Source: Chrysomallon squamiferum
Taxonomy: Eukaryota; Animalia; Mollusca
Length of the DNA: 64,000 nt
Reading direction: 5' to 3'
NCBI GenBank assembly: GCA_012295275.1
Contig: CM022670.1
Coordinates: 6,324,001-6,388,000 of the forward strand
Part shown: positions 29,255 through 42,641 of the stretch, one piece after another
Position numbering within the stretch: the stretch's first letter is position 1
Layout of the letters: each line of letters begins with the position of its first letter
Notes under the pieces: generated by a model
Told to the model about the DNA's origin: nothing
The model's input: only the letters and a program-made list of their open reading frames with translations
Database searches by the model: none
Position numbers and translations under genes: made by a program

Positions 29255-30499
29255 TAGCTAAAATAAAACAGATTATAGATTATTTGCTGAAGTTGTTCTA
29301 CATAATTTAATAGTAGCAGTAGTAGTAGTAGTATTAGTAGTAGTGATAGTAGTAATAAATGAAATAGTAAAAGTAGTAGTAGAAGAAGTAGTAGTAATAG
29401 TGGTGGTGGAAAAAGAAGTAGTAGTAATAGTGGTGGTGGAAAAAGAAGTAGTAGTAGAAACAAAAGCAGAAGCAGTCGTAGTGGTAGTAGTAGTAGTAGT
29501 AGAAGCGGTAGTTGTAATAGTAGTAGCAGCGGTAGTTGTAGTAGTAGTAACAGTCGTAGTAGTAACATAAAAAGTAATTGGAATACAGTAGTAATATAAC
29601 TGATGGAAGTGGCTGCTGTGATTGTAATAACAGTAGCTGTCGTACTTGATTCTGTGTTAAAAGACGTCAGCTAATTTTATCGGTGATAGCTGTATCCGTT
29701 ACAAAAACTCATTTCCATCACTGAAATGTTTCACGTACAATCAGCCTTTGTCAGACAGTGAATATTTATTTTTATCTCACAGAGGATGAATAATTTATTA
29801 ACTGTTCACAGCTTCCTGCGGTTTCACAATAACAAGTTTACATTACAATGGCGAACCATTTCAGCCAGTGTTTGGTCATCTAAATAAAATTCAAAGATAA
29901 ATTAAAATAATTTATAGAAATAACAAAATAAAAATAATAATAATAATAATAATAAGGTATGTTAAAACAAAACATGGAAGAAACAAACCTGGAAGGAAAT
30001 ATAATTTTAAAAAATTAAAATAAAATAAATAAAAAAAAAGTATCAAACGATGATATAGTAACGTTCAGTTAAGGGGACATAACTCTGATTAGTTGTACAA
30101 TTTTGAGCAGCAGCAGTAACGTCTCTTGAAAATAACAAGCTCCGTGAAAAAATAAATCTAAGGCGACTCTACAAATGTTTTCAGAGCTGAAGCTGTAGAA
30201 AAGTTATAATAATTAATAAGTCTACGACCATGATGAAATACACTGGTCTATTTTTATCTCTGTGACAGCCAATTGTAATTAGGCTGGTTTACTCTAATGA
30301 TGGCAATTTTCAGGGAAATGGATGTAACTAATCTGTGCAGACTGCCAAACAAAATCCTGACTTGTTACATGACTGTTTCTAAGATGGACATAATCACAAC
30401 AAACGTACATGCATATATAAAATCAACAGGTTATTTATTTATTTATTTATTTTACTACTAGTATTATTATCGTTACTATTTTGTAATTTTCTCTCTCTC

Positions 30500-30540
<41 letters not shown>

Positions 30541-31317
30541 GCACATATATACACATTTTTGATCATGGATCTCTAGTAACAGTATTACTAAAAGTTGAAG
30601 TAAAATAAATAAATAAATAAATAAATAAGTAATCGTATGTTAGTTACGAATTAAGGTCAGTTTAAATGTAAATAATGTAATATTTAAAAGTGCACACTTT
30701 ATCGTGTCAGTTGGTTTATTAAAATCCACTTTTCTTCTGCAGATTGACCGCTAAACTTAAAATAATTACATTTGACCTAGTTCACTTGCATACTGATCAA
30801 ATAAAATCCGTTCTATTGTCCGAAAGAAATAATTCTTTGCCTACCTTAATTTATTTATTATTCGCACAAACCATTAATTTTAGCCTTTAATGCTAATGAA
30901 AGAACACAGTCAATGAGATAAAAACTAATAATAACTTAAAATGAGCAATTGCAAATGTAAATAGATATTGTGTCGCAATTTTTGTCACGGAGTATAGGAT
31001 CATTGTTTATACCTAATGGTATAGTATTATCGGAAATGCTCAATAGTAAACCGGAAATGTGATAAGATCATTTATACTGTCAAATAAAAAATTAAAATAA
31101 AAAAAAAAAAAAAAAAAAAAAAAAGAAAGAAAGAAAAAAAGAATGTAGAAGCTTTGTAAAACAGCCACTGTCTTTTAAAAAAAAAAAAAATTTTTTTTTT
31201 AAAATTAAAACAACGGCATTAAATGTTTTTAAACAACGGCATTAAAGATATGGTTAAAAGTTACAGAGAAAATTCTAGAAACAGTCTGCTGACAATACCC
31301 AGTGTTCTTTTACATAC

Positions 31318-31378
31318 GTTCAAAGTCTCTGCTCAATGCCACAGGGCAGTCTTGATCCGGAAAAAGGAGCACCAACAT
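31318..31378 (-). CDS. Candidate alternative first coding exon, 20-aa N-terminus
   Basis: caaaATG; MLVLLFPDQDCPVALSRDFE then C|gtatgt donor, phase 1; ~50 nt downstream of a TATA/Inr pair. Confidence 0.65.
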
Positions 31379-31424
31379 TTTGTTTTGATTCTCAGCCTTC
31401 ACACGACTCGGGTTTCGCTCACCC

Positions 31425-31457
31425 ACTGAACCGCAGCCAGTCTTGTGTGTTTTTATA
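31425..31457 (-). promoter_or_regulatory. TATA box plus initiator core promoter
   Basis: Minus strand TATAAAAA (31457-31450) and TCAGT (31429-31425); the Inr A lies 30 nt from the first T of the TATA box. Confidence 0.65.
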
Positions 31458-31659
31458 AAACATGAACAAAGATCATACATTTTATGTTTAATCGCTATTG
31501 TCTGTGTACGATACAGTTTATAACCTCTTTCTTTTAGTTACCAGTTTTAGAGAACGCGTATATTTTATGACACCAACAATAAAATAAAATAAAATAATAT
31601 AATATAAATGTAAAAATGTATAAATATTTAAAAATCCAACAACTGCTAACATATATACA

Positions 31660-31735
<76 letters not shown>

Positions 31736-32362
31736 CAGTGGCAGTAGTTGTAATAATATTTGTAGTAGTTGCAGTAGTAGCATTGGTAATAGTAGTTGTA
31801 GTAGCAGTAGAGAAGCAATACCACTAATAATAATATTAAAATAAAATAAAATAAATAAAATAAAAAATAAAATAAAATAAAATAAATAAATATTATTATT
31901 ATTATTATAAACGAATGTATTCACAAAACGTGCCAGAATTCACGGGTTTGAAAATAAACATTTACAATATTTAAGAAAAGATATTCTAAAATCTATCACC
32001 ATGAAATAAATAGCTGACTGTGACATCGTGTTTAGTGTAACTGTGAAGTAATGAGAATACCTGCATAATGTAACCATTCAGACCGGCAAAACTGGTAATA
32101 AAACACAATAAAAGGCTTACAAAGGGGCGGAAACTCGGGTAGGGGTGAAAGAGCCACTACATATTTATTATTATCGATTGTTGACATATCTTTTATAATT
32201 AGATTCATTTCGTGTTTATAAATAACGACAACACACACTCCTCGTCTGAAAGCCTCGTCGTCCAAATCACACAAACCCCAAAAATAAAATAAAATAAAAT
32301 AAAATAAAAAAAATAAAATAAAATAAAATAAACTTAAATAAAAATAATAATAATAATAATAA

Positions 32363-32393
<31 letters not shown>

Positions 32394-32929
32394 AAGAAGA
32401 AGAAGAAGAAGAAGAAAAAGAAAGAAAGAAAAAAGAAACGAATGATAATTGTGCAGTAAGTTTTTATAATTTATTGGTTCAGTCAGTTATGTTGTAATCG
32501 ATTTTAAACCAGGCGAGATTTAAATATTTATTTTAATTTACACCGATATGCCGACATGACTTATTATTGAGTATCCATGACAACAATTCTAGAACGAAAA
32601 AAAAAAAAAAAAAAAAAAAAAAAGAAAAAAAGAAGAAAAAAGGAAATACAAACAATACTTTAAAAGGTTTTTTTTTTTTTTTTTTTTTTTTGTCTTTGTT
32701 TTTTTGTTTCTTCAGCTACCACTCATTTATAGAATATTTCTTTATCTACTTTTTTGTTTACCTTTTTTGTTCTTTATTTGTCTTTCATTCATTCATTCTT
32801 TTTCATTCTTTCTTTTCGTCTGTCTCGAAGTAATAGATTTTAAATGCATTTTCATTATCGCTTTGTAACAAACTTCATGATTCAGTTTAGAAGAATTTTG
32901 GAAAGACTCCTGGGAAAAAGAAGAAGATG

Positions 32930-32972
<43 letters not shown>

Positions 32973-33479
32973 AAGAATTCTTTCTTGAAGGAGAAAAAAA
33001 GATTACGTGATAACAAAAATTTCAGTCTTGGAACTAAATATAGAAAAGGAAATAGAAAAACCAGAAACCAATCATAAAACATGACGTAACGATGCATTAC
33101 CAAAGTGAAAAAAAAAACCAGAAACAGCTAATACATCATTTCTGTAATGTCTGCCACTTTTACCTGTAATGAGGCAAGGTGAGAAAGGTGTCTACCTGTT
33201 GTGTTGCTAAAAGCAAGAAACTTTTGTTTTGTATACCGCTTTCCCAGAGATCGTTTATTTACTGTGTACGTGTGGAGATATTAACAAATAACCTAAACAC
33301 GTTTTCTGTACGCGTTTCAAGCGATTGCTTTATTTATTTCCTGCTTAAATTACGCGTGCTGTTAGGAACAAGGAAGATCTTGTAAAGTTTCAAGTAAAAT
33401 AACAGCGTGCACTAAATTAAACAGACTTCTTAGGTTACTCTTACGGTACTTTATTATTAGGAAAGGATATTAACGATTA

Positions 33480-33568
33480 CAACATTCCCTCGATGTATAT
33501 CAAACAACATTTACCAAATAAATAACATTCTCTCGATGTATATCAAACAACTTGTACCAAATAAATAA
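33480..33568. repeat. ~46-bp tandem duplication
   Basis: aacattc(c/t)ctcgatgtatatcaaacaac...taccaaataaataa twice. Confidence 0.85.
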
Positions 33569-34292
33569 TCTTGAAATACTTTCAAAGTGTATCTGTGATC
33601 TTCGTTTGAAATAGCACTAGTATATTTTTAACAAGAAGTTATAACGTGAATCGTTGTGAAGTGTAACGAAATTATAATTATACAGGCTGTTAGAGCCATC
33701 ACAACTGGTCCATTTTAACAAGAAACAGAAAGAAAAAAGAAATATTTGGAATTACATGAAACACGTTGAACTAAATAACAGCACTGTTATTAAAGGGTGG
33801 TGATTGTACGTGTCTCGCGTAAGGTTATTATTATTATGAGTAATGTGAACAGTACAGTGAGAAAGGTTTTTAAATGTCATCGGAAATGTGCGCTGTGGTT
33901 TAGCCCGTGTCTGGTCTTGTGATGTTCTGTTATTTGCAAACCACGTTTATAACAAACACATCACAAACTCATAACAAGCATGTTTATCACAATCACATTT
34001 GTCACAAACAAGTTTATTACACAGTTAAACTTTTCAAACATACTGGACAGAAACCTCGCATGTAAAGTTGTGAACGTAAAAACATCAAACTCTAGATGCG
34101 GCAAACTGCAGGATCAATACTCGTCTGTACCCTTCGCTGGACTGTTTTTCGTACCAAACAAAGCTTTATTGCTGTTTTATCAAAGGTAGTGATACGTTTT
34201 TTCTTTTCTATTAAAGTTTTAAAATAATGAATGTCTTGAATAAAAACCGACAAGTAACTGATTGGGTGAAAGCAACAGTTTTCTTGTCTAAT

Positions 34293-34421
<129 letters not shown>

Positions 34422-34840
34422 ACACACACATCACATAGACATACAGGCATACAACAACAACAAACACACAAAAATATACCATAGAAAAACGTCTGACATA
34501 TGATCTCTAATAATTTAAATATTTGTAGAGGTATCTATAAACAAATATTGACAAATTCAAACAGCTGGTGATAAATACTTCAGACACAAGGACTCGTTAC
34601 AAAAATTTACAATTTAAAAAAAAAAAAAAATTTTATATATGCTCCTCTACCTGAAATTAAAACACGTATTTATTTTATTTAAAAATAATTGAATATGTAA
34701 GTAAGTAAATGAATGAATAAATAAAAACTAGATACATAAACATTTATTATATAGTAATACTGAACAATAACCTACAGACAGTAATATTTTGAATTAATCT
34801 GAAAACACATATACTCAGAGACACGTTACATACACAGACC

Positions 34841-34871
<31 letters not shown>

Positions 34872-35218
34872 TACGATCAATACCTTTAAAAATAAAAATA
34901 AAACAAATATGATTTAGTAAAGATCTATAAAGAAAAAAGATGAAGTCAGGGACTATCAGAAAGAAATGAGCTGTAGAAGTGAGAGGCGGGTTTGGTTTCT
35001 GGCAGACATTTTGTCTTGATGAAGTGTTGCTGGAATCATTCCAAGACAGACGAGAACGCGCGTTTTAGCAGCACCCTTAACAACCTGCTGAGACAAACAG
35101 CAGACGTCGTGGCTGATGTAAGAGATGAAAAAAGAAACACAACACTGCAGTATGTATGGATTTCAAAACTCGCTTATTAAGCGAGATAATTTTTGTTAAA
35201 GCTTTTTGTTTTAAATTA

Positions 35219-35252
<34 letters not shown>

Positions 35253-35488
35253 AAATAGCAGAAATGTCGTGCTCGTTAAAATAGTTTTCAAGCTATAAAT
35301 AAATTATTACATCTCGCCGACGTTTCTGAAAAATGAAACTCAGGTACATAATAAAAAAGGAAGATAGAGAAAATAAAAACGGTAATGTCTGTGTATTTGT
35401 GTGTGAAAGACTGACAGAGAGAAAGAGTAAAGGATACATGGAGAGAGGGAGAGAGACAGATAGACAAAGAGATTGAGAAACTGAGTCA

Positions 35489-35596
<108 letters not shown>

Positions 35597-35922
35597 CAGA
35601 TATAACAGATGGCAGTACAAAGAGTGTAAGCTATGTTGGCGATACATCAAACATTACAACGTACAATTACGTCTGACAGTGTATTCCACTGCAGCGCGGT
35701 TCTACCACCGCTCAATTCCTTATTTAAATACAGCTTCTCATCATCGATTGTAAAACAAACAACACAGAGGTGAAACTAGATTCTAATATATTCTAAATAT
35801 CTGTACACAGCTATACAAAAGTGCATCCAGGATTCTCTCTCATATAGTTATAATTATAGTATATAATTGAATAAATAAATAAATATTTGTTCAACGATAC
35901 TTTTTGGTATTTTGAAGTAATG

Positions 35923-35990
<68 letters not shown>

Positions 35991-37265
35991 ATTCTCGTAA
36001 TTATGATATTTGGAACTTGTATAACTGCCTTTTCAGAAACCGCATTCCTATAGATAGAGAAAAAAACAACCTTATTCTATCATTACACATAAAAGATAGC
36101 CACAGATTTACCACCATGCTACAAATTACTAAATCTGAGAAACGGTAATTAAGTTTAACGCTTTAATAGTTAAATCTATTACAACAAGTTCTAAATTGCA
36201 GCAATTTCTGAAACAATTAGAAACACAATTACAAAGGTTAAACGGGGAAAAATCCACCAAGGTTTGGCTGTGAATCGCGAAGTCTGGATTTCATCTAGAG
36301 GAGTATTTACGAGTCTGGTTTTGTTGAATTAATCTTCTTTCAATATTGTATGTGTGTGTGCACCTGTTTTCACTACACACACAGAAATAGACAGGGCTGC
36401 TTGACCAATGTCAGATGTTTGAACTCTTATTTTACAGGTCAATACTCTTAAAAAAAAGAAGTTAGTTCTTATTCAAGACAAACGTTTAAGAATTAATATA
36501 GCAATGTTTCTGATGTCGAGGATGATAATGATGATGATGATGATTTCAGGACGAAATTGTGAAGACGTCAATACTAATAATGATGATAATAATAAAATAA
36601 TGATGATAATTATAATGATAATAATAATGACATAGATGGCGATGATAATTATAATATTGATAATAATAATAATGATGATGATGATGATTATGGTGAAAGT
36701 GATGATGATGATGATGAATGTGATGATGATGATGTTGACGACAGTGAGGGCAATGATGATGACTATAATGTTGATAATAACGATGATGCTATTAATGGTG
36801 ATGGTGTAGTTATCTAGAGTTGTAACTTAGTATTTGCTTTAGTATATTCAGTAGATTTAGTGGCTGTAGTAGTAGTAGGTACCAGTAGTAGTAGTGGTGT
36901 ATAGAAGCAGTCGTAGTAGAAGTGGTAGTGCATAATGGAATCAGAAGTAGTGTTAATGGCAGTAGTAGTAGCGGGAGGTGGAGAAGGGGTAGTGGTAGTG
37001 GTAGCAGTGATGACGTTGGCTCATTAACAGTAATGATGAAGGTACAATGCTTTTTTATTTATCTATATATGTATCTATCTTGGATATCAGAAAATTGGGT
37101 AGCCATGAATGTAATAATACAGCATTCATGTTGAACTAAACTTCATTATCAACAAACAAACGAACAAACAAACAAACAAACAAACAAACAAACAAACAAA
37201 CAAACAAACAGACAAACAGACAGACAAACAAACAAACAAATAAACAACATCAAATAATAGCTTCA

Positions 37266-37305
37266 TCTTCCTGGTTTTGCGCATGCTCTCTCTGACCGGA
37301 ATGTT
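37266..37305. promoter_or_regulatory. Promoter-like cluster of NRF1-like and ETS-like motifs
   Basis: CTTCCTG, TGCGCATGC and ACCGGAAT within 40 bp; no transcript assigned. Confidence 0.3.
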
Positions 37306-38464
37306 AGACGTTACTACTTAGCGACTCTGTTTCAGTTTTCCGGTTTTAAACTACTTACATTTATCATTAGTGAATTAGCACACGAGCAAGTTAGAGTCTG
37401 TGTCACTGGGCAATCACTGCAGTTTGTGCGTGTTGAAATTAGATCTAATTAAAGTAATTACAGCAATTTCTTTTCTATCACGTCTAATTATACTGAAACC
37501 GAACATTTGTAAAATATGGGTATTTGATACAAATTATTATGGTGAAAATATTCGTGTGAAAGTACGGTAACTGGGAAGGCAACTGATATAAAATGTTTAC
37601 ATGAATTTTCTGCATCATTACGATTAGATTAAATATTTAAAATTAAGAATAATGTCAATAAAAATGTTTCGTGATACAAGAACATTCATTGTGATATTCA
37701 TGACTTATTTAAATTATTTACATACACGCATTCATGTATACAAACGTATACTTTTTCCTCGTGTATTTTAAATAAGTCATATTTTACTCTTGTGCTGTGT
37801 ATCATGTCTTCGTGATACCAGTAACTGAAGTGTCTTGATTCAGTTTACATTTTTCTTGGCAACAGAATTGATATTTACAGCTTCAGAGCGCGTGGCAATT
37901 ACTTATCATATAAATTAGTTTAACACTTAAAGATGAAAAAAAAAAAAAAAAAGTAAAAAATAAAGTAATATTAATAAAAAATAAAACAAATAAAAAAATA
38001 AAATAAATAAAAATAAATAATAAAAAATAAATAAATAAATATTGTTGTTATAAAAATATCACAATTTTGGCCATTCCGTTCGATATTAAACATTTTCTAA
38101 TTTTTTTTTTTTTTCTTCAATAACTAAAGAGCTTTTAAATGCATAATTGCACAAATAAGAAAAGAAACAATTAACGTTTTTTGATTTTTTGCTGAAGGCT
38201 GGAGCTTTTTTTAAGTTTCATCGCTATTATTTATAGATATTTTATTTTTATACCTATATGATTTTACATAACTTATTGTTCATGAGCAATCACCGAATAA
38301 TCTTGTTTTTGTCTACGTATATCAGTAACAGCTGTCCAATCGATTGACATAAGTCGTGAAAACAGTAAGTTTTAAAGAAAATATTCACAAACTGAGGTCA
38401 CGTTATCTGACCACTGGGATTTTCTTGCTAGTATGTCTAACAACAAACATCAAAGAGTACTTAC

Positions 38465-38611
38465 CTGGCATATTTGTTAATTCTCTTCCTACCTAGATCA
38501 CTAACCTTCCATCAAGTAAAACTCGGAACTCCACCCTCTTTCCACAAGTAGATCCAACTTGTTGCTTGCGTCTGCTCCGTTTTCGTACGGCTTATTTACG
38601 GACGAGCTCAT
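38465..38611 (-). CDS. Candidate alternative N-terminal exon with two phase-1 donors
   Basis: ATG 38611: MSSSVNKPYENGADASNKLDLLVERGWSSEFYLME then GAAG|gttagt after 38506; second ATG 38471: MP then CAG|gtaagt after 38465. Possible acceptor ttattatatacag before 38746. Confidence 0.6.
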
Positions 38612-39178
38612 CTCGGCTGAGGGGTGAGGCAGGTTCTACGAATAATAAAAGCCGTACCCGTTGATTTCGGTTGATCGAGGAAAGAGTACCGCTGGTGCTG
38701 AGATGATGTAGGCTTCGAAAGACGACGTTGTCACCCCGAAGATGGTCTGTATATAATAAAATAGGTCTGTGGGTCGGTTTCTTAAATTATTGGCTTTGTT
38801 CCAAAGTATGCATGAAGCAAAACGCACACCGACAAATAAAGATAGATTTGTGTTCAATACAGAGTAAACTCGCTTTTATTTCATTGCCAATATTTCTGTC
38901 TGATATTTGACTTGGAAAAATCTAAGAAAGAAAAACAAAATCTTTAATCTGCAAAGACAGAGCTAGTTTTAAACGCAGAGACACAAATCTTTTTTGTTTA
39001 AAATGTGAAGAATTCTCGTGTTTTTGTTTTCTCAAGTTGTTTGTTTTCGTGGCTGTTCTTAACACTCATCTGAGCCGTCTATTAGACACGTTTGTCACTC
39101 ATATTAATAACTAAATAAATTTACACAACAGACTCACAGACTTCCTGACTATCTCTCTCTGTTTTTCACTCTATTTCT

Positions 39179-39261
<83 letters not shown>

Positions 39262-39389
39262 ATCACCCCAGTGCCTTTTTTCTATTAGTTTTGTCGTTAG
39301 TTATCTTATTTTATTTCATATTTGTTTTAATTATATCATTCTGGTTTTAAAAGAGTAAATTCAGGACAGAAAAAAAAAAGAGTAATAAA

Positions 39390-39434
<45 letters not shown>

Positions 39435-39482
39435 AATAAAATATTTAAATAAAGGAGGAATTAACATTAAGAAGAATAACCT

Positions 39483-39506
39483 GTCACATGATAATAAAAT
39501 GGCGGC
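39483..39506 (+). promoter_or_regulatory. CLEAR/M-box-like E-box and YY1-like motif at the AGA start
   Basis: GTCACATGAT at 39483-39492 (contains TCATGTGA on the minus strand); AAAATGGCGGC overlaps the start codon. Confidence 0.45.
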
Positions 39507-39859
39507 CTCCATCTACTTCTGTTTTGTATTACTTTGTTACAGTTTATCGTTTTCTGTACAAGCGAAACGTTTATCTCTACCTTTGGTAATTAACACTTGG
39601 CCTTTTGTAAACGCGACTCAGAAAGGTATAATTTTATTAAATTAATATTAAATATCTACCAACAGGAAACAGACGATTCTTCAGTTTCACTTTGACACGT
39701 TTTTGTACAGTGACAGTGACCTTATACTGGCACAATCAATGAATCATATAGTTCAACAGGAAAGAAATGCAGCAGCTGACAGATTTTTCTTTGATTTTAA
39801 AGTCGTGCTAGACTTACTTTCTAAGTAAATATTTTCGAGAAGAACATCACTAGTTTTAT

Positions 39860-39918
<59 letters not shown>

Positions 39919-40638
39919 ACTAATAATAATAATAATAATGTCTTAATCAAGTTAATGCTAATAATAATTAAGAAGAAAAGTGACAGCAGATTTATGTGGT
40001 AATAATTATCGTTATTCAAGACATTTTTTTAATATTTATGATGAACAGCTAGAAACTATTACTGATAAAATAACCATAACTAAATAAAAATATAAATATA
40101 TAAAAAGATTGTGCATTATATAAACAGGTGTGTAATTCCCTTTATTTTTTTTCTGATTTATTTTTAAATCAAAATATAATAATTATTATTAGTAGTAGTA
40201 TTTGTTCAGTGTACTTTATATCTTATTTAAAAATATAAAAACAAGAATGACAACAAAAATAATACATATATAAAACAAAAAATAATAAAATTAAAAAAAC
40301 AACAACATTTGAACAAAAGGTTGAATGTCTTAACATTTATTTATAATTTATTTTAAAATAAAAATACAGAGTAGTATGTATGTTTGTGTGTCTATATATA
40401 TATACACAGATATAGCTATAGATAGATAGATAAATATTCCTGACATAACAAAATAATGAAACAGTATTTCCTCTTTTTTATTGTTTCCAAATAAAGTGAA
40501 AGTGAGTATCAAGAAAATATTTCTGAAACATTTACACACAAAATACATACACACATATTATTCAAAAATTATTATTTAAATTTTAATTTACTAAACAAAT
40601 AATAACATTATAAATTAAAACTTGACAGGTTTATTCAT

Positions 40639-40693
<55 letters not shown>

Positions 40694-42052
40694 TTTTAAA
40701 TATGTTTAATTTTGTTCTGTGACAGCCTGGGATGTGATCTACACACACGGAGGTAGTAACCTGGATGCTGTCGTAGCTGGATGTTCAGAGTGTGAACAAC
40801 AGCGATGTGACGGAACTGTTGGTTATGGGGGGAGTCCTGATGAGACAGGGGAAACAACTCTTGATGCCATGATAATGGATGGGTTTGTTTTGTTATTTAT
40901 TTGTGTGATCAATTCTTCATTTAGTTTTTGTTTTTCTAAATTAAAATTTAATATTATATATGTTTTAGATATATATTATATAAAAATATTTGAATTTATT
41001 TTAAATAAATTTTTAAAACGTATCTAAATTTGAATAATATTCTTTGATGATGATTATTATTATTTTTTTATCTGGTTGATTTAGTTTGATTTACTCTTTC
41101 TATCATCAATAGATTTGATACTTAATGACAGCTGAGATTCTGGGATAATTAATAACCCAATGAACAAACAAACAAACAAATACCCCCCAAAATATGTAAA
41201 TGAATAGAAAAGAATAAATAATTAAAAATATATTATCAAATGAACAAATAATATGTAAATATATAAATAAAAAATATGTAAATAAATAGAACTGTGACTG
41301 TAGAGAGAGCCATGACGTTGGTGCAGTTGGACATCTTCACTTCATTAAAAATGCTATCGGAGTCGCAAGATCTGTGATGGAGCACACAGAAAACACGCTG
41401 TTAGTTGGAGAATCAGGTCAGTGGTTGTCTGGGACTGGACACTGGGTTTTTGACCATCTACACTGTAATAAGACTAATATGTCATCTTAAACTAGAATAA
41501 TACCAGTAACCATTGCACAGTTTGAAAGTATAAACACATAAACATACTAGCACAGAGACGTGTATTTTATCTAAACATATATTTGTGTATATTAATCCCA
41601 GAGGAAATAGTTGAGATTAGTTTAAATATGTACTGTGTTGACAAATGTGTACATAAATAAATAACAATAGTCAAAGTTGCACCCACACTGATCTGGTAAA
41701 ATACTCAAATTTCACTTTCAGCGACACAGTTTGCTGTAGAAATGGGTTTCAAATTGGAAAACCTGTCAACCAATTCTTCTCTAGAGGAGTGGAAAAGATG
41801 GAGGAGATCAAACTGTCAGCCGAATTTTTGGAAGGTAAAAATAAAATAGACGTTTTCGATTCACTTCAAATATCCAAGTTATATATAAATACCCAATGAT
41901 GTATCTTTCTATTTATGATTTATATATATTTTCTATTTATGGATGTATATATACATCTGTGTGTGTGTGTGAATTTATGTAGATATGTGTGTATGTTTAT
42001 GATTTACACATATTTTCTATTTATGGATGTATATATATGTGTGTGTATGTGA

Positions 42053-42085
<33 letters not shown>

Positions 42086-42601
42086 TGTATGTATGTATGT
42101 ATGTATGTATGTATGTGTATATGCATGTATCGATGTAAATGTCGTACCTGCATGTGTGTGTGAAATATGATTTTTTTTTCTTTTTATATATCATAACACA
42201 TACACATAAACAAACAAAGAAATTTAAAACTTGTACACACAGGGACATTCAGACTAACTAACCCATTCATAGTAGTTCTTATTCACACCAAATGTAATTA
42301 CTTAACTTACTGTAACTCCTAGATATTTCTATATTTTCAGAATGTTGTTCCTGATCCCAAGAGAAACTGTGGACCATATTCTCCGAAATACAAGAAACTG
42401 AAACCTGACAGTGAGTTTAAGAAACACGTGGATAAACACAACCATGACACCATTGGTATGATTGTTATTGACAAACATGGCAGAGTTGCAGCTGGGACAT
42501 CGACAAATGGACTAACATTTAAAATTCCTGGGTAATTGTATAATCATTTCTTATTTAATGTTGGTTAATAAATTTCTAATGTGACATAATGTGATATATA
42601 T

Positions 42602-42641
<40 letters not shown>

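Noticed and set aside
36510-37030. Asp-rich or Ser/Gly-rich low-complexity protein exon
   Set aside because: Degenerate (GAT/AAT)n and (AGT)n microsatellite with no ATG or splice signals I could support.
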